A stretch of 64,000 nt of DNA from Octopus bimaculoides (GCF_001194135.2 NC_068998.1:2666423-2730422), one strand, 5' to 3'; positions 24,278 to 39,090 are shown, counted from the stretch's first letter. The notes: generated from the letters alone by a model not told the origin. Numbers and translations are program-made.

Positions 24278-26141
24278 TATATGAAGGTAGATAAGTAGCA
24301 GGGTGTGAAGATCAGTAGAAGTATACGTAGTATGGAGGTATTAGGGGTTAATATGAAAGGAGGGATTGCCATACAGGAAAACTGGAAAGGAAATGAGTCA
24401 AAGAGAAAGTCTTTAAATGGTTGATTGACTTTGTAGAAATAGCAGCCAAATAAGCCTCAAATCTCATCATCTTAAAAAGGACATTCTGAATAATGTAGAC
24501 CTGGTCATGGGTGTTTCTCAGCACCACTGAGAGAAGTTTGGCCATGTGGAACCAAACTATTCTGGGGTACCAGGAGAGGGATTCCTTTCAAAATTGAAGG
24601 AGTCTGTGAGGTTCCTTTAAGCGAGGGACCTGGCATACAGATATGGACCCTTGTCAGCTCTCCAAGCCCTGGACTGAAATACTGGCCTAACTCCACTGCA
24701 GTTCTCACAGGGCCCGGATCAGATTGATTAGAGCTGAGTTGGGGATCAATAACAATGACAGCAGATGAGATTTAAAGGGAAATTTGAAGGGGTCAATATT
24801 TACAAAGGGAACTGAAAGCACATTGGCAAAAGAGAAAGAGGGTCAGTGAAAGGTGAGAGGTTAGTGATTACAGCAGCGGTGGTGATGGTGGTAGTGATGT
24901 TAGTATTTAGTGGAATGGACGACAAAACTGTGAACCTACATGTAGTCTGTCATGAAACAGCATTTGGGTTTATGAGAGAGAAGACTGTCATGTAGCAGCC
25001 TGGATTCACAAGGCTCTATAGCCGAATGTCTTCTATTGTATGGAAACAGTTGGAATGAAAATATAAATGGCAAACGAAAGAGAAATAAAAAAAATAATAA
25101 AATGAAATGAAATAAAATTTTTAAAAATAGTAAAAACAACAATGACGACATTAATAACAACAAAAGAAAAAAATTTATTAAATTAGAAAACAAAAAAATA
25201 AAAATATAAACCAATGTTTTAAAAATATCCCTTGTTCTTTAGATTCCTCCCTTAGTCCCTACTGACCTACTTATCTGACCCCCTACCTTCCTGCCAACCT
25301 AAACCCATCTCCCTACCAATCTATCTAAAACTCACCCACCTACACACTAACTTACCTACCAGCCAGTCAACTTGACTCTCCCAAACCCACCCAGCTACCT
25401 ACCCACATGTGAAGCTTGATGTAAAACATCCAAACTCCAATAATAATAATGGTTTCAAATTTTGGCACAAGGCCGGCAATTTTAGAGGTGGGGGTAAGTT
25501 GACCCCAGAAGGAATGAAAAGCAAAGTCGACCTTGGTAGAATTTGAACTCAGAACATGCAGTCAGAGGAAATGCTGCTTAGTATTTTGCCCAGCATCTTA
25601 ATGGTTCTGCCGTCTTGCTGCCTTTATGATGGTAGTCTCTTGTAGTCCAAGAAAGATGGTTCCACAACCTGCACAAATGATTTGTTTATAGAGATCAAAT
25701 CTATGTGCAGCACATTAGCTTTCTCTCCTTTCATCAAATCAGTATTACCTGTACAGGTGTAACGTGTACCATGCATCAGGTGTTGAAATGATCACAGAGC
25801 AACGTGAGATGAAGTGCTTTATTCTAGACGACAAGGTGCCACCCAGTCCTGGAATTGAAACCATAATCTTGTGGTCATCAGTGTTCAACTGGTACTTATT
25901 TTCAACCCCGAAAGGATGAAAGGCCAAAGTTGACCTTTGTGGAAATTGAACTTAGAATGTAAATAGCTGAAACAAATGCCAAAAAGCATTTTACCTGAAG
26001 TAATGATAATAATAATAATAATGATCTTTCTTTCTAAGTTAGACACAAGAATACACATCATTTAGAGGAGAGTGGGGAGCTGCAGTCAATAATATTGGAA
26101 GATATTTTATCAATCACAAAATGATAATTAAAAGTTTAAAC

Positions 26142-26203
<62 letters not shown>

Positions 26204-26321
26204 CAGAAGATGAAGAAGAATGAGAGTATTAAGAAAACAAAAGAGCAGTCAAAATTAAGAGAAATATATTTTACTAAGAATAGCAGGAAATAAGATTAGA
26301 ATAAAGAAACAAGTTAGATGG

Positions 26322-26387
<66 letters not shown>

Positions 26388-26811
26388 AGATGGATGAGGG
26401 AGACAGTTGAAAGACAGACATGAAGTGTTAGGGGAGAGGGGGGGTCTACGTAGGAAAATTGAATGAGTGAAAAGAGAAAAGAAGAAAAAGATTAGATATG
26501 AATTATACATAAATTTAAATATAAGTCGACAAACAACAACATAGGCTGAAGGCCAGAAAAAGGACAGGAAATAATAATAATAATAATAATAATGATGATG
26601 ATGGTTTCAAATTTTGGCATAAGGCCAGCAATTTTGGGGTAAGTTGATTACATTGACCCCAGTGTTAAACTGGTACTTATTTTATCAATCCTGAGAGGAT
26701 GAAAGGCAAAGTTGACCTTGGTGGAATTTGAACTCAGAACGTAAAGACGAACCAAATGCCACTGAGCATTTTGCCCAGCATGCTAATGAGCCTGCCATCT
26801 TGGCCACCTCA

Positions 26812-26865
<54 letters not shown>

Positions 26866-27077
26866 GTTCCCCCTTCTTTCCTTTTTTTAACCTCTTTATT
26901 TCATTTGTTTACTTTTTTTATTTTTCCCTTTTTCTCTGTCACATGACTTTGTAAATGAACAATCTGGCGTGTTTATTTTAATGACCTACCAATGTATACA
27001 GTACGTCTAACTGCCCTAGGTGTCAGGAAGACACTTGGCAAGAAATGGAAACAGAATTGAAAGAAGATGGTAATGAA

Positions 27078-27128
<51 letters not shown>

Positions 27129-29042
27129 AATAACAACAACAAGAATAAATAATACAAGCAAACATACACACACAGGCAGAGAAATACGAGTTAAAAAGAA
27201 ACCAGAAGCAGTATTAATAGGTCGTGAAATAAAAACTGAATTTACCTGGCATTCAGCCGCAGTGCTGAGCTGCTATGCCTAGAAAAATATAACAAGAGAA
27301 AGGAAGAACTAACAGACAAACCCAAAATAAAAAGGTCCCAATGGGTGGAAACAGATGGGGGCCCTAGATTCTGTGGGAACCTTCCTGAGTACGCTTGGGA
27401 CCTTTTCGTTACTGTGGTAACCTTCCTGGCTAGTAGTAGTAATACAGCTGACGGTGGTGGTGCTGGTGGTGTAGTGCCATGGTTGTGTTGTTGTTGTTGA
27501 TACTACTGGTCATGTCAGTATGGGTGGCAGTATGAGAGTAGTGGCAGTAACAGTGGAGGTGTTGGTTGTGGCGGTTAGTTTTGGGACAGAACAGTCAAAC
27601 GTCACAGAGACCAGGTTGAAACACATTTTCATGATACGTGGTTGTGGTTCATACAACTGCACATCACAGACACATCGATCTGTCTGTCTGTCTGTCTGCC
27701 TATCTTTCTATCTATCAATCTAACTGTCTGTCAGTCTATCTATCTATTACACACACAGATATACATACATAGATAGATATCCGTGTACAGGTGTGTGTGA
27801 GTGTGCATGTGTGAGTGTATGCATGCATGTGTGTATGCGTATGAACATATATATATATATANNNNNNNNNNNNNNNNNNNNNNNNNNNNNNNNNNNNNNN
27901 NNNNNNNNNNNNNNNNNNNNNNNNNNNNNNNNNNNNNNNNNNNNNNNNNNNNNNNNNNNNNNNNNNNNNNNNNNNNNNNNNNNNNNNNNNNNNNNNNNNN
28001 NNNNNNNNNNNNNNNNNNNNNNNNNNNNNNNNNNNNNNNNNNNNNNNNNNNNNNNNNNNNNNNNNNNNNNNNNNNNNNNNNNNNNNNNNNNNNNNNNNNN
28101 NNNNNNNNNNNNNNNNNNNNNNNNNNNNNNNNNNNNNNNNNNNNNNNNNNNNNNNNNNNNNNNNNNNNNNNNNNNNNNNNNNNNNNNNNNNNNNNNNNNN
28201 NNNNNNNNNNNNNNNNNNNNNNNNNNNNNNNNNNNNNNNNNNNNNNNNNNNNNNNNNNNNNNNNNNNNNNNNNNNNNNNNNNNNNNNNNNNNNNNNNNNN
28301 NNNNNNNNNNNNNNNNNNNNNNNNNNNNNNNNNNNNNNNNNNNNNNNNNNNNNNNNNNNNNNNNNNNNNNNTATATATGTATATATATATATATATATGC
28401 AAGTATATATATAAGTATATATATGTAAGTATGTTACACTGACTTGTTCCCCTACCCTCAAATTTCTGACCTTGTGCCTACATCAGAAGCAGCACCCAAA
28501 CACTACATACAATATGCTCATTGTATTATCTGATATTATTATCACTGTTACTGAAATTAATTGTTAAGGTTTTTAGATAGAAATAGTATATGATGTTTGT
28601 GAGGATAAATTTAGGACAGCAAAGAAAAAAGAAAAAGAAAAATCCCGAATCCTCCCACGGGAATCAAATTTTGTCTCTATTGCATTTCAGGTGCAGCAGT
28701 ATCAATGTTAGAAGTGCTGGTGTCACTGTCGATCAGTAATCAAGATAATCATCATTGTCGTCATCATTTAATTTTCGTTTTCCATGCTGGCATGGGTTGG
28801 ACGGTCTGACAGGAACTGGCAAGCCAGAAGCACTGAGTTGATTGCCCTTCCGAATGCCAACTATTTTACATGGCACCAGCAGTGGTGAGGTCACTAAATA
28901 ACTTACGAGACATATCAACTGAAGACACACACACACACACACACACCTATATACGAACTTTTGGCTAACTAAAAATAAGCCTGTGACAATTTAACTAACT
29001 TATAGTTTGTTTATTCCTAAGTAATGCTTTGGACTAATGCTG

Positions 29043-29084
<42 letters not shown>

Positions 29085-29878
29085 NNNNNNNNNNNNNNNN
29101 NNNNNNNNNNNNNNNNNNNNNNNNNNNNNNNNNNNNNNNNNNNNNNNNNNNNNNNNNNNNNNNNNNNNNNNNNNNNNNNNNNNNNNNNNNNNNNNNNNNN
29201 NNNNNNNNNNNNNNNNNNNNNNNNNNNNNNNNNNNNNNNNNNNNNNNNNNNNNNNNNNNNNNNNNNNNNNNNNNNNNNNNNNNNNNNNNNNNNNNNNNNN
29301 NNNNNNNNNNNNNNNNNNNNNNNNNNNNNNNNNNNNNNNNNNNNNNNNNNNNNNNNNNNNNNNNNNNNNNNNNNNNNNNNNNNNNNNNNNNNNNNNNNNN
29401 NNNNNNNNNNNNNNNNNNNNNNNNNNNNNNNNNNNNNNNNNNNNNNNNNNNNNNNNNNNNNNNNNNNNNNNNNNNNNNNNNNNNNNNNNNNNNNNNNNNN
29501 NNNNNNNNNNNNNNNNNNNNNNNNNNNNNNNNNNNNNNNNNNNNNNNNNNNNNNNNNNNNNNNNNNNNNNNNNNNNNNNNNNNNNNNNNNNNNNNNNNNN
29601 NNNNNNNNNNNNNNNNNNNNNNNNNNNNNNNNNNNNNNNNNNNNNNNNNNNNNNNNNNNTCACATATAGAAAAATTAATAATTAAAAGCACAATAAATGA
29701 GTATAATATAAAGTAAAGTAAATATCATAAGATAAATATAATATAATATTTATCTTATGATATTTACTTTACTTTATATTATACTCATTTATTGTGCTTT
29801 TAATTATTAATTTTTCTATATGTGATAGTGGATTTTCATCGATGAGTTCTTGAAATTTGGTTATTTTCCCTAAAACTA

Positions 29879-29910
<32 letters not shown>

Positions 29911-30845
29911 GTTAATGTGTATCTGTGTGCATACACCCAATCACCAACACACACACATCTGTAGCTATAATTCTAAGACCTATCCTTGTCAAACTCTGTG
30001 TTGCACATAACATTACTAGTTTATATTAAAGGTACAACAGTCTACAAAGAAATCTGCTCATCTGTATTGTAATACAACAATTAATTTAATCAAGTGAAAT
30101 ACACATAACATATGCACAAATGCACACACACATACACACATGCACCCATACACACCCGCCTGATATACCTGCACAAACACAAATGAATAAGTCAGCAATG
30201 ACTTAGCTGGTGGCTGTTCTAGTTGTCTAATCATTGGAACTTCATACATGTTGTAATAAATAGAGTGAGGAGTGACTGAGTTACTCTCACAAAGCTTTAG
30301 TCATTCACACACACACACATTAATGTTTGTTTCTATGTCAAGTTATATAGACAAACAATTTAACATTAAACACGCACACATACNNNNNNNNNNATATATA
30401 TATATATATATATATATATAGTTTGATGTGAATTGTTTATATAACATATAATTATATTATTTATATACATATTTGTTTTTATGCCTAGCTATATATAAAG
30501 ACAATTTAACATTAAATAATGTGTGTGTGTGTGTATAAGTCATCTAAGAGTCTATAAGTCAGGAAAAAAAATGCACTCATATATCTGTCTATAGAGTGGG
30601 TAGATTATCCAAAGTGTACAGTATTATATATCCAGTATGGCCGATTTTAATGGAGTGTTAGGTAACAATCCAGTAATGTAACCCTGCCCTCATCAGAGGT
30701 AGCCTATTTCATTCCATATCTGCTCCTGCTGATAAGTGCAGGGTTACATAATTGGATTGCTACTTAACAATCCATTAAATCCCTGGTGCGAAACTGATTG
30801 ATAAGATTGGCCATAATGTATATATAATACTATACACTTTAGATA

Positions 30846-30885
<40 letters not shown>

Positions 30886-31494
30886 ATGTGGGAATATGCT
30901 TGTTTTTATATTGTTATATAAAGACAATTTAATATTAAACAATATATATATATATATAAAATATATTTGCCAACTAAATGTGGTGGTTCCATAGAGGACG
31001 ATGTTACTGCTGTTTTTAGCTCCAGGAAGACATCTCCTCCAGCTGGTTAATGACACACCATATGTGTCCGATTAGTATTTGTGAGGGGAGGTCATCACTC
31101 CCATCTCTAGCCTTACGTGATCCACACAGACCCGGGTTTCTGAGTAGTTACTCATCTCCAGTGTGTGATAATCATCGGCTAGTGATGAAAACTCATTCCA
31201 CTCGCAAAATACTGTATGCTTTTTCCTGGCGATAGACTGTCGCTGATCTCGAAAAAGGAGAAATAAGCTATATCAAATGTCTGAGTGTGTCAGCCATGTA
31301 AAGTATGTCAAATCCATGAAATAAAAAAAAAAAAATGCATGGTCGCAGTCAAATGACTGAAACAAGTAAAAGAACACAAAAAGTCCATCCGTCACATCTA
31401 TCCATCCATCCACCCATTCACACAATGCCCCCTGCTCCCACCACCCACACCTCCACCCCTGTGCTGTCTCAATAAGACAATCAGAGTTACCTAC

Positions 31495-31661
31495 CTTGAC
31501 TTTTCATGCCCAGAGTAGTCACTGTCTGCTAAGTCGAAGGACGACGAATGGTGAGGTGGGTTGTGAGGACTTCTGGAGCGACGACTCGAATATTGGTTTT
31601 CTGCCTGGACATCCATTACACTTCGAGAACGTTGAACCTGTGTATGATTACGGCGATGCTG
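31495..31661 (-). CDS. MCF2L: DBS-like linker exon before the DH domain
   Basis: Strong pyrimidine tract tctctctttcctcag|CAG CAT...TCA AG|gtaggt; 167 nt, phase 0-2, which matches the phase-2 start of the first DH exon (gives ..EKSRHVYREL..). Confidence 0.8.
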
Positions 31662-32574
31662 CTGAGGAAAGAGAGAACAAAACGGGCAACGTGAATAGGA
31701 TGGACAACCAATTGCTAATGACTGGCCCCATGGCCAACTGGTTAATTCTTCATGATCATACATACATACGTATGTATGGGTACATACATATGTATGTGTA
31801 CATACATATACAAATATATAATATATACATACACATGTATATATATATATATNNNNNNNNNNNNNNNNNNNNNNNNNNNNNNNNNNNNNNNNNNNNNNNN
31901 NNNNNNNNNNNNNNNNNNNNNNNNNNNNNNNNNNNNNNNNNNNNNNNNNNNNNNNNNNNNNNNNNNNNNNNNNNNNNNNNNNNNNNTGAGAGATATCCAT
32001 AATAGGACATCTCTTTTATGTGCTTAAATGTACACTGTATGTATTTATATGAATAATATATAGTCTTTTCTTCTTGGAAAAGTGTCTTTTACTATAGCCC
32101 TGGGTCGACCAAAACCTTGAGAAGAAATTCAGTAGAAACCCATCATACATGGATAAATGTGTGTGTGTGTGTATAAGTAGATGTGTGTAAACATGTGATG
32201 TGAGTGTGTGTGTATGTGTATATATATAAGTACATGTGTGTGAGCATGTGAGTGTGTGTGAGCATGTTCGTGTCTCCATGTTTTGACATTGCATGACAGC
32301 TGTAAATGAGTGTCACTGTCATACAAGCAGTGTTGTTCATTTCCGGTTTTCTACATAGAACATGTCTGACCATGGGTGAATATTACCTTATTAGAAAACA
32401 GGTGAAGGTCAGCTTGATGTAGCTGTAGAAAATTTGCCTCAATAAACTCTGTCCAACCCATGCCAGCATGGAAAAGTGGATGCTGAAAATGGTAATGATA
32501 ATGAAGACAATAAATAATGCGATATGCAACAAATAAGTGTTTGTGCGTGTACACACAGACACACAGACACACAT

Positions 32575-32885
32575 GAAGGCCCGTGGCTGAGTGGTTAGGG
32601 CATTCGGCTCACGATCGTAAGGTCGTGAGTTCAATACCCGGAAATGCATTGTGTCCTTGAGCAAGACACTTTATTTCCTGTTGCTCCAGTTCACAACGCT
32701 GGCAAAAGTGAATAGTACCTGTATTTGAAAGGACCAGCCTTGTCACACTGTGTCACGCTGATTCTCCCTGAGAACTATGTTAAGGGTACACATATCTGTG
32801 GAGTGCTCAGCCACATGCACCTTAATTTCACAAGCAGGCTGTTCTGTTGATTGTATCAGCTGGGACTCTTGTCATCATAACCGAA
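32575..32885 (+). mobile_element. tRNA-derived SINE family B
   Basis: TGGCTGAGTGG A box, GAGTTCAATACC B box, anticodon-loop-like CTCACGA, body TTGTGTCCTTGAGCAAGACACTTTATTTC. Other copies near 1751-1985, 20276-20560, 22970-23235, 43553-43705, and on the minus strand at 25745-25885 and 50565-50670. Confidence 0.82.
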
Positions 32886-34132
32886 GGAGTTCTCCTATAT
32901 ATATACATATATATATGTATATATTCATTCGGTTTCTTTTCACTGTTGGTATGTACAACAAAATTATATACATGAGCGCATGTGTGTATTATGTATTGAA
33001 TGATATATGAGCATACACACACACAGATTATACAAAGAGAGAAAAGCAGGCCAAACAAAAAAAAAAAAAAGAAAAGAAAAAGAAACAAAACTCCATGCAA
33101 AAATATTTACCATATTCATATATCTAATATACATTTTCATCTCAGAATTCTTGTATTTTCCTGTCATTTTTGCAAATAATATCAAGACTATTTTAACATA
33201 CATATAATGTATATAATGTATATATATATATATATATATNNNNNNNNNNNNNNNNNNNNNNNNNNNNNNNNNNNNNNNNNNNNNNNNNNNNNNNNNNNNN
33301 NNNNNNNNNNNNNNTATATACACACACACACAAATATGTGTATGGGTGTGTGTGTATGTATGTGTTTATGTATATGAGTATTTATGTATGTGTGTGTTTA
33401 TGTTTGGACACAGTGTTACAGTGGAAGAGATTTTCAAGTCAAAGACAGCCAACAACAATTCCTTCACCGATTCCTCAGAAATAGAAGTTATTCCACAGTT
33501 CTGTCTCTTGACTCGCATTGTTGTTACCGTAAGCTCCACTCTGCAACTGCTGCTGCTGCTGCTGTTGCTACCACCACAACTACCACCACCACCACCACCA
33601 CTGCTGCTACTCCTACTACTATCAACACCACTATTACTACTGCTCCATATTACACATACATAGTTACACCCACAGGCATGCATACACACACACACATATA
33701 TATATATGTATATGTATATACATAGAGAGAGAGAGAGGGGGAACACCCTAAAAATAAAATATATAAAAAACAAAAAACAATAAAAATGTAATTCTTGGCA
33801 GTTGAAAGGTTGAGAGAATTGACCCCCACATCCAGTTATTAGAAGTTCCTGTCAGTCATATATATATGTGTGTGTGCGTGTTTGCATATATGTTTATATG
33901 TATGAGTATGTGAGTGTATATGTTTATATGCATGAGTGTGTGTGTGTGTATGCACCTGTTAATTATACACACACCAACAGACGCAAATACAAGTCCTTGC
34001 AAATGAAATTTTATTCACATGTACATACTTCAGAATGTATTAACTGGTACAGAGACACCCAATCCTACGCATTTGCACACACAGATTTCTACATACATAT
34101 ATACACACACATATATACATACAAACAAACAC

Positions 34133-34174
<42 letters not shown>

Positions 34175-34276
34175 NNNNNNNNNNTATATATATATATATA
34201 TATATACATACATACACACACACATATATAAATGCATACATATATAAGCATATATATATACATACATATATAACAC

Positions 34277-34329
<53 letters not shown>

Positions 34330-34440
34330 TACACATATACATATATATGTATACGTACATACATAGGTATACATACATATGTATACATACATATACATAC
34401 ATACGTATATATACATACATACATATACATATGTATACAT

Positions 34441-34471
<31 letters not shown>

Positions 34472-35362
34472 CACACATACACATATACATACATACATAT
34501 ATATATTTCAATACTTTTTCTTTTGTTAAGACTTTTTCACTGTTCACTTCCTGTGCATATTCTGTTCACTGTTCATGCAGTTTTATTTCTTTTTCTGATG
34601 AGCTGAAGAGCAGCACCTGAGCACTGCATACAATAACTTCATTATATCACACGCACACACACACACACACACACACATGTACCACATATAGATATATGGA
34701 TATAAAGACGTGTGTGTATACATGAATATATTATATACACAGATGTAGGCTATGAAAACACTCTTTCCAAAAGCCACTCTATTCTGTTCCGAGGTAAACC
34801 ATTCAACAATTACAGGAATAAATCAATTCCCAGCAGCAACATCGACATGAAACATTTGAAGAATTTTTATCTAAAATGAATTAATAAATTTCTAAAATTA
34901 AAAAGTTTTCTTTGGTGGGATTTGAACTCACAATGTAAAGATCCAAAACAAATTGACTCAAATCAAGGAAACATCTCCTTGTCTTGACATCATGTGCTAA
35001 CTGTAAACAAACATCACCCCCATACAAGTGGTGTTGCTTGTTTGCCATCTACCATGAAAACATGCCTGGCCATTGTACTGTTTGTGTTCAATAGGATTAG
35101 GAGAAATATTGTTTTGTTTGGCAACAGGAAGGGCATTCAGCTACAGAAAAACCTTTCTCAACAGATATTCTGTGTGAGCCATGCAAACATGGACATTAAA
35201 AGGATGACCAGACCAACAATGATATGACCATTGTTAACACTATGAACCCCTGGTTGACCCACCAGAGGTCCTGCAACCCACATCTGTGTTGTTCACAAAA
35301 TGTAATAGAAAAAAATATATAACTAAATACACAATGCACACACATACTCATGCATATACATT

Positions 35363-35580
35363 CGAGGGGTGGGGAAAAGTTCCTGGCTTTGGGTAAAAGA
35401 AAATTCCAGAGGATCAGTTAATAATGATTTTATTCAACATATTCTCCTCTCAAGATTCCCACACTTATTGCAGGGGTCCTTCAATTTTTCTAAGCCTTGT
35501 AAAAGAACTTGGAAGGACGGGCCACCAACCAAGCCTATGATGATACCCTTAAAGCCAGGAACTTTTCAGCCCCCACCAGT
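35363..35580. mobile_element. Tc1/mariner-type MITE
   Basis: Perfect 17-bp inverted repeat GAAAAGTTCCTGGCTTT (35374-35390) / AAAGCCAGGAACTTTTC (35551-35567), extended imperfectly by CGAGGGG.. ends. Confidence 0.72.
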
Positions 35581-35680
35581 CATAGATATATGTGTGTGTA
35601 TATATATATGTATACAAACATACATATGTGATTTATATATATATACACACACACACATATATATGTACTTAAATGTATCC

Positions 35681-35733
<53 letters not shown>

Positions 35734-35769
35734 TCTATATGCAGGTATGTATGTATCTACCTATTTAAC

Positions 35770-35819
<50 letters not shown>

Positions 35820-36993
35820 AATGCTGTCAAAGTTTGAAATTAAAACATCTCACCCGGCCAGTGTCACTTGTCACAATTCTTTTAAATATCTTTCTGTTTT
35901 CCATATTTTGTTTGACACAAGGAAGTTGATATCAGTTTCTCTGCTGGAAACAGTTCTTAGAAACAGGAGAGATCTGTGAAATGGCTATGCATGCATCTGT
36001 ATCTGCGCTTGTTATGTATGTGCTAGCACGTGTGCATGCGTGTAGGTGTAAAGTTCAGCAGTGGCCTTGAGGCCTGGCCTCATACTTCAAAACTAAAGTG
36101 TTTGAGGAACTATTAATGTTTAAGGAGAAGACGTGATTAAAAATAATTTACAGGAACATAGCCAAAACAAGCAAACAAATAAATATTTAAGGAAATACAT
36201 AAAGCAATAGACAAAAAAAAAAAAGTAATATTTTAAAAAAATAGACATAATTGCTGTTTAAAAATAGGCAAGATTGCAGAAATAAAAAACAAACAAATGC
36301 TACATGCGTTTGAAAGTTAATTAAATAAGGAAGACAGAATGTAAACATAATTATTATGCTGTAATTAAGTTAATATTAACATAACTAATTACAGACAGCG
36401 TTAAAATAACTAACGACAAAGAAATATACAAGACCTCCCCCACCACTGCTACCACCACCATATGTCTGGTAAAATCATGTTTTTCTCTACATGCAAAGCC
36501 TCTCTCCATGGGTCAGAGTTGGACGACGTTTCTGTGCGGAGTCGACAGCTGCCCCTTGCATGTCAATGTCCCCCTCTTCGTGTCATTGGTATTGCAAAGG
36601 GAAGGGTAAGGGATATAAAAGTTGGCACCAATGTTGTTCGAAGTACCAAGGGCATCAGCCAACACCACAAGGTATTTTATCTAACACTTTCACCAGTCAA
36701 CTATTCTGGATTGATACTAGTTTTTTTTCTTTTATAGATCCTGGAGGGATGAAAGGGAAATTTGACTTTGGCAGGATTTGAACTTAGATCATAAAGAGTC
36801 GGAATAGATACCACAAGGTATTTTGCCTGATGCTCTAACGACTCCAGCCAATTGACACAGATTGAAGGCTTCAGACTGTCGGGAGAAATACAGGTGGTTG
36901 TACTGACTGCAGTACTTAACTGGTATTTTTATTTTTAACAACCCCAGGGAGATGAAAGGCAAAGTTGACCTCAGTGGGATTTGAACTCAGAAC

Positions 36994-37032
<39 letters not shown>

Positions 37033-37247
37033 GTGCTGATTATGATTTCTTTTGATTAAATATTGGTTGAAGCTTTGTGTGTATTGGAACATAACTTAAT
37101 AATACATATCTGATTGGTTCATATGAAATGTGATGGTTTGAGCCAACAAAACAGCCAACAGGAAGGTCGTCACTTCACCCGCTGCCCTCACCATGACTCG
37201 GATGGGTCCCTAATAATCCACAATGATTATCACACCGAGCACTAATT

Positions 37248-37427
37248 TAAGTACCACTGAATGTATGTACCTCTGTAAGTAGCTAACCCTTTAAATAGGT
37301 ACCCCTGTATGTAGGTACAACTCTAAGTAAGTACCACTGGAAGTAGGTGCCTCTTGAAGTGGATACCTCTGGATGTAGGGATCCCTATAAATAGGTACTC
37401 TTGTAAGTAAGTACTGCTATAAGTAGC
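37248..37427. repeat. Degenerate 16-bp minisatellite (about 11 units)
   Basis: Units such as GTATGTACCTCTGTAA / ATAGGTACCCCTGTAT / GTAAGTACCACTGGAA. Confidence 0.75.
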
Positions 37428-38270
37428 ACGGAAAGCAGGACCCGGAATTTTGAGGAGAGAGGGCTAATTGTATACATTGACTCTAGTGCGTAACTGGTAA
37501 TCTACTTTATAATCCTGACAGGATGAAAGGCTAATAGGTTCAATTGTAGATTGGTACCATTGTATGTAAATATCACATTACATATATATATATATATATA
37601 CTACTATAAACCCTTTCTACGATAGGCATAAGGCAACTGGTACTTATTTTATGAACACCAAAAGAAGGATAAAAGGTAAAGTCAACCTTGGTGGAATTTG
37701 AACTCAAAACAAAAACAGACGAAATGCCACTAAGCATTTTGCCTGGTGTACTAATGGTTCTGCCAGCTCACCGCTTTTACATACCACTATAAATAGCAAC
37801 AGCACCGTAAATAGGATGTGGTCCATTCTCTTACAATATGGAGTCCAACTTGTCCCTCTTAGACTTTACTAGGCACTAAACCCCTTCCCCCCCATCTATA
37901 GTTACATAAATTCACATTACCTTCTAATTGCCCCATAAACTAGAAAAGGCTAAGAGAATAAACTTTAGCATAATATCAAGAGAGAGGAACCCTTAAAGTT
38001 TGGTTTGTCTGTCAGTAAGAAGAACCCTGCAGCTGCTGTCATTTCATTGGTTAGACATATTTTTGAACTGCACTAGCAAGATCATGAAAATGGTCCTAAA
38101 ATTTGGGTGGGGAGGGAGACATTTTGAAAGTGGAGACCTGAATGGCCTCTGTTAAAAGTGTCACCAAAATTTTTCCCAAGGGAAAGGCTGCAAGTGTCTT
38201 CTACTATAACCTCAGGCCGACCAAAGCCTTGTCAGTGGATTTGGTAGACGGAAACTGAAAGAAGCCCATC

Positions 38271-38329
<59 letters not shown>

Positions 38330-39090
38330 TATATACACATGCGTGTGTGTAGGTGCAGTGTGGCTGACTAGTTAAGAAGTTTGTTCCACAACCACAGGAT
38401 CTTGAGTTCAATACAGCCTCAGGTTGATCTATACCTTGTGAACAAAACTAGGAAAATGGAAACTGTACAGAAGCCTGTCAGGTGGATCGTATTTGTAATC
38501 CTGAGAGTTCAGTCTTGTCATATACTTAGTCTCACTGATTCTGCTTGAGAATTAGTTACAACAAGATTAAGGGACTGTATGCCTGGGGAGTGCTCCACTG
38601 CTTATATGTTAATTCAGGAGCAGATAATTCAGTTCATTGAATAAGTGAATCCTCATCTTTAAATGATGCAGATCCATCCATGTATATATGCGTATGTATA
38701 TGTACATATATGAGTGTGTGTGTGTGTGTATGTAGGGCAACAGAATTGGTACATTGAAGAACAAAAACATCTTGTGGTCCCATTTTAAGGTAATAATGTT
38801 GTAGTGTTAAATTTGTAAAGAGTGGAACCTGGTGTTGTTTAGGTCAGTCCTGATCTACAAAACCTAAAGCTATGACTATCTCATCTTTTTCCTCAGGTAT
38901 AATGTATCTTGGACTAGATTATTTAATGTGCCTTTTTCGTTACTGGTTATTTTCAGATCTGCCATTAAAAAACAAAAAAACAAAAAACCCTACAATTAAA
39001 GGTGTTCCAGCCATGGCCATCCTGTCTTTTATTCATAATGTATCTAGGACTACATTAACTAATGTGTTCTTATTTGTAATTGTTTAGACT

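Noticed and set aside
26986-27033. Possible small exon (SVFLTPRAVRRTVYI, donor G|gtaggt)
   Set aside because: Phase-1 exit does not fit the phase-2 DH exon; AAG acceptor; no homology
32575-32645. SINE heads (also near 1751, 43553, 48545) as functional tRNA genes
   Set aside because: A/B boxes are present, but there is no closed acceptor stem and each continues into a repeated SINE body
33366-33660. Open frames on both strands around (CTG)n/(CCA)n tracts
   Set aside because: No matching splice sites or recognisable homology; openness is explained by trinucleotide repeats
36490-36590. Short minus ORF MTRRGDIDMQGAAVDSAQKRRPTLTHGERLCM as an alternative first exon
   Set aside because: No convincing donor in a phase compatible with downstream exons
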